DNA of 59,143 nucleotides, filler included, from Basidiobolus ranarum (lineage: Eukaryota): the NCBI GenBank assembly GCA_040143965.1. It is 8 parts of 8 records of this genome, joined end to end, with 100 filler letters (N's around TTAATTAATTAA, not from the genome) between each part and the next. Parts side by side here need not be neighbours in the genome. Positions count along the whole stretch, not along the records: positions 7,425 to 14,741 come from JASJQH010001141.1; positions 14,842 to 22,151 come from JASJQH010001142.1; positions 22,252 to 29,557 come from JASJQH010001143.1; 5 more parts are not named here. One strand, given 5' to 3'. Positions 10,629-22,414 of this stretch are shown here, piece after piece; the first letter of the stretch is position 1; the number at the start of each line of letters is the position of its first letter. Below the pieces are notes generated by a model. That model made no database searches and was not told the origin of the DNA. It saw only the letters and a list, made by a program, of their open reading frames with translations. Made by a program: the position numbers and the translations under genes.

Positions 10629-11837
10629 GGTAAACGGTAAACTGACTCAACGCTACCCACATTTGAAACGTTGCTTTATTATACTTTTAGATCAACATCA
10701 GTCTCATCTACCAATCAAATTGCACCCATTTCTGAACTTGGTTGCGCTCAAAACTGGAGTCAGAAAATGACTAAGTATGCTGACAATCTTACAATATGTA
10801 AAGAACCATCAATAACAGATTCAAGTATCTTCAAATGAAAGTCATCTCGAATTTGCACTACGTGAGCACTATATTGTTTTGCAAAGCTCTGATTCAACAA
10901 TGGCTGCGGCCACATCAGTACAGTATACCATACCAAACCGATATCTGGGCCACGTAGTGAAGAATCAACCGATAAGGCGAATCATAAATAATACAATTAA
11001 AGCAAACCGAAATGGGGTCAGCCGTTATTCCAAAGCTTAAGCCTCAACAGTAAACTCGGTTTCTCTTGGGCTTGGTCAAACAAGGACTATTGGCGCAGTT
11101 CTTCTAAAGAAAGCGCTAATGACCTTCCTGTTTATGCAAAAGGCAAGTATTTTGACGTTCGGTTTATAATAATAAGAATACCCGCGACTGGAGTATAGTT
11201 TTACTGTAATACACTAAGTGGAATCACACCAATGCAATAGCTGCTTTGGTTAGAACTATGAGAGTCAGCCTGAAGCCATACTGATAACTTTTTAGAGCTC
11301 ATTAATCACCTTCTTTAATTTGAATGTGTTGCGGAGTTGGTTACAAAGCCCAACAACTAAAGTAAAAGGTAGAGGCTTGATTGGTGGCACAAATCAATAT
11401 CTCTTTGGCCAAGCATTTTCTTTTTACGGTTTGTAACCCGTAGCATACGCATACGAAGATCTCATGATGGCGCAAAGGCATAGATTCTTCACGCGCTACG
11501 AGGAGCACTATTGATTTTATATCTCTGGACAATATTTAATTATGCGAAATTCGGGATCCTAGTCTAATAAATATCTAGTTGTAGGATATTGCAATGTATT
11601 ATAGGCATGATAAAAAATGCCATTGAAAAGAAACAATCAGGAAATTTTGAAGAAAATTCCCCGATTCCTACCAATCATCAATTAGGATACTGGTGATTCC
11701 AGGGTATTGAAAGAAATTTTTCCAAATTGGTGGGTGGGGTGGGTGCGGGTTTGTCACAGTAACAAAATCCGACATTTTTCTTACTTGTTTCTTTCTTTTT
11801 TCTCTTTAGCAAAAGCGGTTTCCCCTAATTTTAGAAT

Positions 11838-12434
11838 ATGTCTGCTGAACAAGTAAGTTTCAACTAGAATTTAGTTATTGAATCTCACCTCACTTCAAGC
11901 ATGTGTCAATCTAAATATACACACATGCTAAGTAGTTACAGTACATCAACGTTGAATCTTTTCTAACGTTCATTTTTTGTTCAGGTCGAGAAAGCTTTCC
12001 AAAAGCAAGTTGGTATCTTCCAAAACGCCAAGGTTGCCTCTGGCAAGAAGAGCCGCAACCTCCGTTGGTACAAAGACGTTGGTCTTGGTTTCAAAACCCC
12101 TAAGGAGGCCATCGAGGGTACTTACATCGACAAGAAATGCCCTTTCACTGGTGATATCAGCATTCGTGGACGTATTCTTAGCGGTGTTGTCATTTCCACC
12201 AAGATGAAGAACACTCTTATTATCCGTCGTGAATACCTTCACTACATCCCCAAGTACAACCGTTACGAGAAACGTCACAAGAACCTTGCCGCTCACGTAT
12301 CTCCTTGTTTCCGTGTTGAAGCTGGTGATGTTGTCACCGTTGGACAATGCCGTCCTCTGTCCAAGACTGTTCGTTTCAATGTTCTTAAAGTTCAAAAGAA
12401 AGCTCAAGGCAGCAAGCAATTCGCTAAGTTCTAG
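11838..12434 (+). CDS. RPS11: 40S ribosomal protein S11 (uS17)
   Basis: Exon 1 MSAEQ (11838-11852), intron 11853-11984, exon 2 VEKAFQKQ...[24 protein letters not shown]...RYEKRHKN...[17 protein letters not shown]. Confidence 0.98.
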
Positions 12435-13487
12435 ATTGCTTCTATACTCTATAAAATAAAACCTAGATCTTTTCTTTCTTGAACTTGGTCATTATATCTA
12501 TAGAAATACACTAGAACCCTTTCCCAATTACGGATCAACACCATATAGCTGTACGTATTACAAGTGAATGGGTCATGTTTGCCTTTGTCTTATATGCAGT
12601 GCCCCAAGGATCCTCAACCGAACTTGATTAGTATCTCTCAACCTCGGTAATAAATAAAAATAATCATAGACACTTGATGCTGTACATATTGGATATGAGA
12701 ACCGAATCGTCAGGATTGAGAGTAATCGGGCTAATCTTAACTATTTTATTAGAAGTTACGATCCTTAGACCGTCAAACTGGTCAAAGAAAGAGAAATCAA
12801 TAGAAATCCCGGTTCAGAGCTTTACATACATGACTTAAAGTATACATCGAGATGTCCAAGTTGATACCAGTTTTGTAATCAAGTAGCGGAATTCTAGCAA
12901 TGGCTTTTCACATAACTTACTCTAATATTCACTATATGAGCAAATAATATGAGGCGACTGTGGGGAAGTCAATAATGGATTGCAATGTGGTGCTTTTAAA
13001 GTCCAAGGGTTGGCAGACTCGTGTTTTTTGAGGGCTAAGGTGAGGATGTAATAATTGTCTGGTATTCTCTGATTTCCAACCATATTACTAATTGATAAAA
13101 CACAAGTATGGCCGAGAGGCTTTCCTTAACATATTTACATGTGCTGAAGCATTAATATGGGTAGCGAGGGTTTCAATGGTAGGGCATTCCGCTAAACGAG
13201 CAAGTGAAGCAAATGTTTTGAATAAACCAAGTTTATTTGAGTAAATTGTGTGTGAGTAGACGTGGCTGTTTCTATTGTCTAATACTGTGTGCTCGTCCAC
13301 TACTGCAAGCACTGAGTTGATATTTATTTCCTGTTTCGGTGGTCTCTTTTTAATGAATCAGATGTGCACAGATTGTTTACTATTTAGCACACCCCTGGTG
13401 GACCGTCAGCTACATTAAAGATTCGAATTTCGCCAGATAAGGGCAATTGATGATCTACTGTTTACCCAAACGTCATCTGATTCAATA

Positions 13488-14696
13488 TCAGCGTCTCATG
13501 TCAAATGTATATGTTCTGGGTTGATCCATCTCTGAGCCCTGCTCGTAATTCTTTCCTGCTGTTTCCACAAGTGCATCATCAGACAAGCCCTCGGCCTGAT
13601 AGGGAAATGGTAGCAAGATGTGTACCCGATGTAGTTTCTTGCAAGGCTGGAGCACATCCCTTAGGTATTGATCAGATAACTTCTCATCATCACTCAGGGT
13701 AATCTGACTTAACGTACGTTCGTAGGTGACGATGATAGTTAATACGTGACATATGTTTGGCCATCCGTCGACAGTCAGAATCTCAATTCTGTGCCCTCGA
13801 AGCCGCATAAATTCACTAAATTCATCAATAATCACCCTCTCCTGAGGACTTTCCAATGTCCCAGACCACCCGGCATCCAATTCCACAAGGTATGGGCAGA
13901 AATGAGTGATCTCTTTGAAGGCACCTTGCGGCACCGACAACTCTGATACATAGAGAACTCTTAATGAGTATCCATTTGTCTCCAGAATTTTCTTCAATCC
14001 AACATTACTCGTAGTCGTTTTTCTCAACGAGAGCTTCCTCAACCCATGACAGTGTGTTGCTATTATCATTGCCACTGAGTCGTCCACTTGGTCATTGCTG
14101 TCTAACTGAAGTGTTCGTAGTCCTCCGCCACAAGTTGAAAGAAGAGTTGAAAATGCGCTCAGTGAAGGAAGGCCTCCCTCGAGGCACTTAGATAAGTTCA
14201 AATGCTTCAAGTTTGAAGAAACACTCTGGCCTAGGAAAATCAGGGAAGCGTTCGTGATAGGGTATCCGGACAAATCTAGTGAGGTCAAGTGAGATCCATG
14301 GTTCTCCCATATCAGGTTGGTAATCGCTTCTGGTATCAAAGGTTTTCGATGGAATTTCAATTTTAACTCTGTCAGTTGACCCTCATATGCTCTAGCTATG
14401 TCATGGCATAGCTTTTCCACCGGCAGAGGTCGGTGGTTATCGAAATAGGTGAGTTCGATAGAAAGTGATTTCAACTGAGAGCAATGCTTCAGTAAACAGT
14501 CCATAAATGTTGGTGATGTCTTTACTAATGTGAGGCTCAGGTGCTCAAGTTTTGGTGTACGTGTCAATAGGGCCTCCACCAAATGGCTAGAGTAATATAT
14601 ACATTTTACAGTTAGCGACTTGATAACGGAGTATGGCCAACAGTCCGTTTCGCTTAAATGTATCTTCTTTAAAAAGAGCTTCGCGGGTGCCTTTGT
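13488..14696 (-). CDS. RNI-like leucine-rich-repeat protein (F-box/LRR type), 5'-incomplete
   Basis: Repeated LxxLxL units (LEHLSL, LKSLSI, LTSLDLS, LKHLNLS, LRTLQLD, LRKLSL). Frame stays open to 14696 with no upstream ATG before the contig end. Confidence 0.75.
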   Translation of the reverse strand, partial: TKAPAKLFLKKIHLSETDCWPYSVIKSLTVKCIYYSSHLVEALLTRTPKLEHLSLTLVKTSPTFMDCLLKHCSQLKSLSIELTYFDNHRPLPVEKLCHDIARAYEGQLTELKLKFHRKPLIPEAITNLIWENHGSHLTSLDLSGYPITNASLIFLGQSVSSNLKHLNLSKCLEGGLPSLSAFSTLLSTCGGGLRTLQLDSNDQVDDSVAMIIATHCHGLRKLSLRKTTTSNVGLKKILETNGYSLRVLYVSELSVPQGAFKEITHFCPYLVELDAGWSGTLESPQERVIIDEFSEFMRLRGHRIEILTVDGWPNICHVLTIIVTYERTLSQITLSDDEKLSDQYLRDVLQPCKKLHRVHILLPFPYQAEGLSDDALVETAGKNYEQGSEMDQPRTYTFDMRR

Positions 14697-14741
14697 TTAT
14701 AGTATTATCCCTTGAGGCAGCTACATCTTCTTTAAAAAGAG

Positions 14742-14841
14742 NNNNNNNNNNNNNNNNNNNNNNNNNNNNNNNNNNNNNNNNNNNNTTAATTAATTAANNN
14801 NNNNNNNNNNNNNNNNNNNNNNNNNNNNNNNNNNNNNNNNN
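14742..14841. other. Artificial contig linker
   Basis: N44-TTAATTAATTAA-N44. Confidence 0.98.
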
Positions 14842-15660
14842 CCTAGAATCTCTGAACGTGATCTGGACACCACTGCACCTTACAACTATCCCGACTCGGC
14901 TGGTGAAGGTGTGGATGTGTACATCATTGACACTGGGATTAATGTGAAGCATGTTGAGTTTGGTGGCAGAGCCACTCTTCCCGTCAGCTTCATCAGTGGC
15001 GAGGCGACCGCTGATCTCAATGGACACGGCACTCATGTCTCTGGTACCGTAGGTGGTGCCACCTATGGCGTAGCCAAGAAGGTCAAACTCATTGGAGTCA
15101 AGGTACTCAGTGGCAGCGGTAGTGGGACCACCTCCGGTGTCATCGCTGGTGTCAACTGGGTTGCCCAACAAGCCAAGGCCTCGGGTCGCAAGAGTGTAGC
15201 GAACATGTCACTTGGTGGTGGAGACAGTGAGTCTCTCAAGCAAGCTGTTGATGCTGCCGTTCAAGCAGGAGTCACCTTCATCGTTGCTGCCGGTAACGAG
15301 AGTCAGGATGCTTGCAACGTCTCCCCCGCCAATGCCGCCTCCGCATTTGCTGTTGGTGCTACCACCAAAAGTGACACTGCCGCCAGCTTTAGTAACTATG
15401 GCGATTGCGTCAAACTCTCTGCTCCAGGTCAGGACATAACATCTGCATGGATCGGTGGTAACACCGCTAGCAAGAAGATCTCTGGCACCAGCATGGCCAG
15501 TCCTCATGTTGCTGGCGTTGCTGCTTTGTATTTGGCTCAAGGTGGCCTGAACACTCCCGAAGATGTGTACACTGCGCTTGTATCACAAGCAACCAGTGAT
15601 GCCATTACCGGATTGCAAGGAACCACTCCTAATCTCTTGGTCTTCAACTCAAACCAATAG
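14842..15660 (+). CDS. Subtilisin/proteinase K-like serine protease (S8A), 5'-truncated
   Basis: Catalytic triad YIIDTG, GHGTHVSG and GTSMASPHVAG, oxyanion AAGN. Frame open from the contig start (PRISERDL...). Confidence 0.95.
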   Translation, partial: PRISERDLDTTAPYNYPDSAGEGVDVYIIDTGINVKHVEFGGRATLPVSFISGEATADLNGHGTHVSGTVGGATYGVAKKVKLIGVKVLSGSGSGTTSGVIAGVNWVAQQAKASGRKSVANMSLGGGDSESLKQAVDAAVQAGVTFIVAAGNESQDACNVSPANAASAFAVGATTKSDTAASFSNYGDCVKLSAPGQDITSAWIGGNTASKKISGTSMASPHVAGVAALYLAQGGLNTPEDVYTALVSQATSDAITGLQGTTPNLLVFNSNQ

Positions 15661-16132
15661 GTACTCAATACCATTTCGATTGCAATCCTTTATGTATTCT
15701 CCCAAAAGTTAGGAATGTGGCAATAAAGCAATTCACTTATTTGATATTTATCTTTTGGCTTTTTTGTTGAAATTTGTACGCAAACTTTGATAGAAATCCC
15801 ATTAAAGCCAGATTTACGTAGCGAACGAAATTACCTGTTGTTGGTGTATCAAGTATGTTTGAGACAACTACCCTTATTTATTACTCCCATTTAATTATTA
15901 ATGGCCAGTAGGGTAGTTGGTAAATTAATTTAATGAGGTAAAATAGAAATCTGGTAATCTTAAAATATGCTTTAATTAGATGAAATTCAAAAAGATTAAT
16001 GATATATAGCGGATGTGCTCAATGCCTGTTGCAAAGAATGAGCATAGTAAAATCAGCCAAAGACAAATGTTTGCTACATAAATAAGATCAACAGAAATAT
16101 ACCAAACGCTAGACCACAATTTATGATCCCAT

Positions 16133-17644
16133 TTATTTCGATTTTTGATGGCCGGATTCAGAAACACCTTCGGGTGTGACTTTTTCAAAAATCTGTCCAA
16201 CCATTTTTAAGGCTTGTGCTCTTCTCTTGAGCACTGGCTTTGTGCAAGAAGGATCTCTCAAAACTGTATCACAGACATCTCTTAACACGGACTCAACCTC
16301 CAGTTTGCTACCTCTCCAAATAGCATGCATTCCTTTTTGCGCTGCTTGTTCTTCAAGTACAGTTCTAGCATCACCATCCAACCCCTTCTTATCAGCTTCT
16401 TGAAGTTGGGTAACGGTACTCTGCATATCTATTGCTGACTTTACAGTGGAGTAGGTCTCACCAATGATATGACTCTTCTCGCGAAACTGATGGAAATAGC
16501 GACCGATTCCTAGGAATTCATCGCGACTGAGGTATTGACGAGATTTAAGAGTGTAAGTGTAACCGATGGCATGTAGGAGCTCAACACCGTAAGACTCAGT
16601 TTGGAGATCATTGGCTTCATGTATAATGGCGGATTTGAATTTATTTACGGCATCAAGATCTCCGGAAGACTCAACGAACATGGACAATTTGCTGATAAGA
16701 TTTTGAGCCAGTCTATTAACACGTTCTGCGCGAGCTTGGGCACGTTCTGCAGATTGTTGTTCTTCGCGTTTTTTTTTCTCTTCTTCAGACAAAGCTTCTA
16801 ATTCAGGGTTTGACTCTTGAATGGCCTCTTTAAAATCACGAGCGATGGAGATTTCACCAATCCAATCTACAAATCGATCTCCACCAAATTGCTGCCTAAA
16901 CATATCCTCAGGGTCGGCTACAGCATAACTGATAAGAAGAAGGCATATGGATACATTTCAAGATGAACAAACTTACCAAAACCTCCTTCAGGAGTAATAT
17001 TATTTTGTGGGCCGTACTCGTTATACTTTTTACGAAGCACAGGATCGGAAAGTATCTGATAAGCTTCAGAAATTTCTTTGAACTTTTAGGAAAGAAATCC
17101 CCATCAAAAGATTGTGAGTCACTTGAGTGAAAATCAAGAAGAAACAATGAAACTCGTTACCTTTTCCTCTGCATCAGCCTCCTGGCTCTTATCTGGATGA
17201 TATTTCATTGCTAAATTATAATACTTCTTTTTTATCTCGCCAGCAGTAGCTGTAGGGGCTACACCAAGGATGTCATAATATTCAGTGGAAACAGGTTTCT
17301 CATCTATTGGTTTGTGTTTGTATGTCATTGTAAAGGTTAATGAGTATGAAACAGCACGAGATTAGTTATCTACCGAAAGAAGTACCTGTTCCTAAACGCC
17401 GTGAACGTTCACCGGCACCTCCATTGAAGTTGTTACCATTTGGACTAGATGCTTTAGCATTGAGGGTGTTGTCAATAAAAGATGTGACATCTATCTCAGC
17501 GATGCTACTACAAGAAAAACATTTCACTTGAGCTTTGAGTGAGGAAGACTGAGTATGGAGAGGAAATTGGAACAATGTTTGACATTGTGGACATCTAGCA
17601 GTGCCAAGGGTGGGTTTGTGTGAGTCAATTATGGTGGCTGACAT
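16133..17644 (-). CDS. Djp1/Caj1-type J-domain protein with DnaJ-X domain and an N-terminal CxxC pair
   Basis: Exons 17644-17386, 17303-17161, 17082-16977 and 16917-16133 join in frame. YYDILGV...KYHPDK...[15 protein letters not shown]-domain [12 protein letters not shown] and [11 protein letters not shown]. Confidence 0.9.
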
Positions 17645-19218
17645 ATCAAATGAACGTTCTGTTGTCAAAACGAAGAAGGATTAAAGTAAATTGTTGGTGC
17701 AAAAAATGTAAATTCCCGAATAAACAAATCTCTTTCCTGGGATGGATTTCAATTGAGAATATAAAATCATTCTGATCTCCGATGAGGTTAGATAACTTGA
17801 AAATCATATAAAGATAAATAAATCGATTAGAAATTTCTATTCGTTCAATTCCCCAATTAGCATGCCAAGGCAAGCAGATCCTCACCATTTTTTCGTTCGG
17901 ACTAAATAAGGTAATCTGCTTAACCAAGCATTCAATACACATCTTCGTTAGAATTTTCCAAACGCATCAAAATAGTATGTCAAATAGTAGTACAGTGCGC
18001 GCAGCTGATTGAAAATATGCTGATTGCCGAAGCCATCATTGCGCAACAAATATTAAGGATGATGGATGTCACGTTAGGGCAACAAATATTGATTATCTAT
18101 GAACTTGGAAGTATAAGAAATGATCCGGTTAACGCCAACAACTCGCTTTAGTAGGGTTTATTCACCACTGCATTAACCTTTCTATAGAATCAGGAAGTTA
18201 TAAATAGACTTGGGGCTACCAAATGTGATTGTGGACCTGAGGCACGTGATTTGGCCTTATGCACACTTGATGTGTAAGCATTAACAGGGTTTTTTGACTG
18301 CAGGCTATTATCAAGTGTTAGGGTGGGATAACATGGATGTTGGGGTATTTGGGAATCTGTCTGTATTTCTCCAGGCAATGCTGTGGCTAGTTAATGCACT
18401 GACGTTGCATCAATGAAACATTTTGTTTAATCTAACTGAAAATCTCGATGAGCCGCATTTTTTGTTATTTGTAGCTTTGAAGAGTGCAGTGTTTTGGTAT
18501 AAATCCCATGTATACTTGCACATACCGTTGTTCGTTCTTCTGTAACTGAAGTAAACCACAAATGAGAACAAACACAGAAATCCTGTTGGGGCTTTGTTCA
18601 TATCCTGATTAATGGAAAGCTTGAGGAGCTGTGGTGAAAGAAGTAGGGGAGTGGATTCAAACAACCCCTACAGTTTTCAAGTTTTCCTAATATCGAATGC
18701 ATGCATGGCACCAAATACGGCTAGCTACACCTTACGTTTAGGTATTTTTGATAGGTTACGATTTGTTAGAAGGGTGCAACTGTGTAGGCGATAAAGCCCG
18801 TTGAAAGCGTGTCTTGAACGGCTCATGTGTCTACGATTCCTTTTACAGGAATAAAAGCATAATATAATCGTATTAATGGAGCTCTAGTCTCTAGTTTTAC
18901 TTAGCACATAATTTAAAGCCTCCTTGACGGGTAATTCTTAATATAGGGCTGGAGTCGTGAAAGAACAATCATGAGCCCCATCTGTTCTTACATTATCTTT
19001 GATAAGATCCTATCTTAAGTATTTTGATGATAACGCACTTGATCGTTGAATCTAGTGATTGGGCCTTCGATAGCACATGCCGGATCAACGAACTAAGATC
19101 AAGTTTATTTTAAACATTAATAGCTTGTAACAATGCTTTAGATAGTACACTTCGAATTAAAATAGTGCAGTGAGTACAAAAAATAAAGCAAGCATTTTGC
19201 ATTTCAATTACGCATTCA

Positions 19219-21156
19219 TCAAACAGACGGACTTAATTTGTTTTGTTTAAGATTTTCCTGAATCACAAATCGGAGCATGATTTCAGCACGAGAACGAATC
19301 CAACTGTCCTTATTCATTCCCTTCGCTACCTTGGCGATATCTTTAGCTTTTGCAAAAGCACGATTGGTATTATGCGTTTGCCAGTACCAACGAGTTAAGC
19401 TCCATTCAAGCGGAAAGTTTTCTTTCGAGTAGATAGAATCGCCATTTCTCCTTGCTCTAGTGCGATTGTCTAGAGTACGAACAACCACTTGAAACAATGG
19501 AAGAAAAGAATTCGTGATTAGTCGTAGACGAGCGGGTACTGATTCAGCAGGCCAATCAATTATTCCCGGTTCAGTATTAGACCCCTCTGATTCTGGAGCT
19601 GTCTCCTTTTCCTTCTTTTTGTCGGAACCAGAAGGAATTGGATACGGGTTACGGTTCCGAGTGAGCTTTTCATGTACGGCAAAGAAACCAACCAACGCTT
19701 CAAAAACCATCTTCAATTCATTTGTTGGAATATTATCGATATTTCCCTGAGCTTTTTCGAATATCTTATTGATAAAGCTTCGGAACAAAGTACTGGCATG
19801 CTCGTGATCTCCAATGTTGACTGAAACTCTGGCTTTCCAAAACCCTAGGGGATCATTTTCATTTTGCAATTGGAGCTTAAGTTTCTCACATAGCCAATCA
19901 ATTGCAGAAGGTTGTGTTTCGTTAATCTCTGGCATCTTCTTAGCTTTACCGTTATCCTTAGGATTTGTGCTAAAACCCCAGGGAAGCTTTCCATTTGCAC
20001 TCCACCAATAACGACCAAAGTCGTATACGTAAGCAGCAGCTTCTTCTTGGGTTCCTAACTCCACTACTAGCTTGGACTGCTCATTTCCCATGATTTCACC
20101 AATTAGTAATCTAGGAATAAATCTTTCTGGATCTCTTTGTAGAGCTTTGTTAAGCGCTCCAATAGTGATTTCGGAACTAGCACCATGAACATAGAATGAA
20201 GCCAAAACTTTAGTATATAGAAAATTAAAGAAGAGGTCATCTGTGACCAAGTCGTTTTTAACTCCAAGTTTTTTGTCAACGAATTTGAGACATTCTTTAT
20301 GCTCCTGTCTCTCCATTAAGATTTTTACTTTGAGGAATCTGGCACCATACTTATCCCCAGAGTCCGCATCAAGCAATTGATCAGCCGTCTCCAGAGCCTG
20401 CTTAGAGTACAGCAGTCTTTTTTTGCTATGCTCTGGGTGTTTCTGTGACAGCTTGAGGAGAACTTTGGTTTTGATATATAGACTTCTAAGGTATGGGCCG
20501 GCATAAATCCAGTTTCCAAATTTACCGTAATTCCTGTCCCAATGAGATTTTCCTTCAGGCTGTTCTTCCTCAGTTTTCCAGCCACGTAGGATTTCCTCCC
20601 CTTTTTTGCTAGCCTCTTCTAGAATTCTCAATTGTTCTTCAAGTTGATCGTCAGTTTTAGTAGTAGCCAAAAGTACTCTAGCATCCACCGATAAATCCGA
20701 TATCTTTAGTGCTTTTTTTGCACCATCGATGCGTTCTTGTTGAGTTGCCTTATGAAGCATATCGTAAACATATTCTTGAGCTTCAAAGTACTCTTTTGGT
20801 GGGTAGACAATGGAGACGTCCTTGGTTTTCTCCTTGTAAGCAGCATAGTTAGATTGCTCAACAGAGAAAACATCAGCCACCGGGCTTTGATTAGCCGCAT
20901 CCATGGAGAACACATCACTCCAGTAAACTGAATCTACGGTGGGATTGTGAACAGTTATTCTACAATTCCCAAGATATTCAATATAGCTTTGCTTGATCTG
21001 CTGAATGTTGTAGAACATACGGACTTGAACGGAGTTCTGTCGATTCAAGCTGCTGTAAAGCTTTCGCTGATCCTCACTAGTCTCCGGTCTATCGGCCGGA
21101 TTCTCAGCGGGCGGAAGTACGTTGGAGGACTTGTTGTTACGCTTTCCTCTAGGCAT
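19219..21156 (-). CDS. Intronless 645-aa helical-repeat (TPR/ST7-like) protein
   Basis: Long ORF with motifs EAQEYVYD...AKKALKIS..VDARVLLA, GPYLRSL, DSGDKYGARF, GTQEEAAAY and AIDWL. Confidence 0.65.
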   Translation of the reverse strand: MPRGKRNNKSSNVLPPAENPADRPETSEDQRKLYSSLNRQNSVQVRMFYNIQQIKQSYIEYLGNCRITVHNPTVDSVYWSDVFSMDAANQSPVADVFSVEQSNYAAYKEKTKDVSIVYPPKEYFEAQEYVYDMLHKATQQERIDGAKKALKISDLSVDARVLLATTKTDDQLEEQLRILEEASKKGEEILRGWKTEEEQPEGKSHWDRNYGKFGNWIYAGPYLRSLYIKTKVLLKLSQKHPEHSKKRLLYSKQALETADQLLDADSGDKYGARFLKVKILMERQEHKECLKFVDKKLGVKNDLVTDDLFFNFLYTKVLASFYVHGASSEITIGALNKALQRDPERFIPRLLIGEIMGNEQSKLVVELGTQEEAAAYVYDFGRYWWSANGKLPWGFSTNPKDNGKAKKMPEINETQPSAIDWLCEKLKLQLQNENDPLGFWKARVSVNIGDHEHASTLFRSFINKIFEKAQGNIDNIPTNELKMVFEALVGFFAVHEKLTRNRNPYPIPSGSDKKKEKETAPESEGSNTEPGIIDWPAESVPARLRLITNSFLPLFQVVVRTLDNRTRARRNGDSIYSKENFPLEWSLTRWYWQTHNTNRAFAKAKDIAKVAKGMNKDSWIRSRAEIMLRFVIQENLKQNKLSPSV

Positions 21157-22151
21157 GATGAGTGTATTACTAGAAAAGTTAATAGACCAAAGAGAAGATA
21201 GATTAGTCTAATAGTCCAAGAATCCCCCAAATTGTAGAAATTCAAGACGATGATAACGTCTCTACAACGTCAGAGCAAGGCACTCTTATATGTGGTTTAT
21301 CTATTCATCATCAATTCAGGGATTGGTTAGTTGACAGGTTAAAGGAGGGGAATTGAAGGGGTTTCTTGTGGAGAACCTAAGCTGGATATCAATTGGAATC
21401 CATAAAAAGCCCCTTAAAATCCCACTCCTCATTTAGTCGTTTCAATGAAGAGTCAACTAAATCATCATCAACACTTCTCCTTTTCGATTTCCAAATGCAT
21501 CACTTTTGTGTATCTACCAATAAAAATATGTTGGAGTAATTTTCAAAATACTTACTAAACTCTGTTGAAAACCGGCTTCTCTAAGAGAATTAAGTTGTCG
21601 TGCTATTCAGGGTACTTCAGATTTCGTAACGAAGACATCATGTGTGAGTGAATCATGAGCATTCTTCTTGTATATACATTCATTTAAACTAAACCAAATG
21701 AGGAAGCCCATAGGTTTGTGTTGTATACAGTGTGTCTGAGAGCCGTTGAGAACACGAGACAAACCATGTTCAACGTAATTAAGCCTCTAACCAATCGGCA
21801 GAAATATGGTGATTGTATTGGGCCTCAATCTAACACCTACAATAGCAATGGCGGTATTGTACTAGTGAGGTTTATCTTACCGATGAGCTCCTTGAGAATA
21901 AATCTCATATAGCTCTTCAATGCTATAGGATCGGCCCTTGGGAATCAGCGAGAGATCACAAAGACTGCAAAGTTCATTCAATCTCTTTGGCGTATGCACA
22001 GTAACCAACCATGAGTAGAGGCTGAAAGGTGTTGGCATTAAAATCCAGGGCACATGAGCCCCTTCCCCTTCCCCTCACCAGGCCAGCATGTGTGGGGTTT
22101 CGGTGGGCGAGAAGGGCGCCTGGATTGCTCTCAATCTGATCTGCCGGTCGT

Positions 22152-22251
22152 NNNNNNNNNNNNNNNNNNNNNNNNNNNNNNNNNNNNNNNNNNNNTTAAT
22201 TAATTAANNNNNNNNNNNNNNNNNNNNNNNNNNNNNNNNNNNNNNNNNNNN
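22152..22251. other. Artificial contig linker
   Basis: N44-TTAATTAATTAA-N44. Confidence 0.98.
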
Positions 22252-22310
22252 GTTTTGATTTAGGTAAAGTAAACGAGATTTTAGAATTCGCTATTCAGAT
22301 CAAATCTGTA

Positions 22311-22414
22311 TTAGTTATCAGAGTGAAAGTTTCACTTTGCACTATTGGTATTGTATTCATGTTTAGTTATCAGAGTGAAAGTTTCACTTTGCACTATTGG
22401 TATTGTATTCATGT
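22311..22414. repeat. Perfect 52-bp tandem duplication
   Basis: TTAGTTATCAGAGTGAAAGTTTCACTTTGCACTATTGGTATTGTATTCATGT at 22311-22362 and 22363-22414. Each unit contains the palindrome AGTGAAA-G-TTTCACT. Confidence 0.95.

Noticed and set aside
11970-12419. Antisense and shadow ORFs over RPS11, subtilisin, GFA1, POL1, DAO and other genes
   Set aside because: Expected by-products of codon bias on the opposite strand or an alternative frame of well-supported genes.
14662-14741. 17-bp direct repeat ATCTTCTTTAAAAAGAG at the LRR gene 5' end
   Set aside because: The second copy ends exactly at the contig end; likely an assembly-end artefact, and splicing between the copies does not restore frame.
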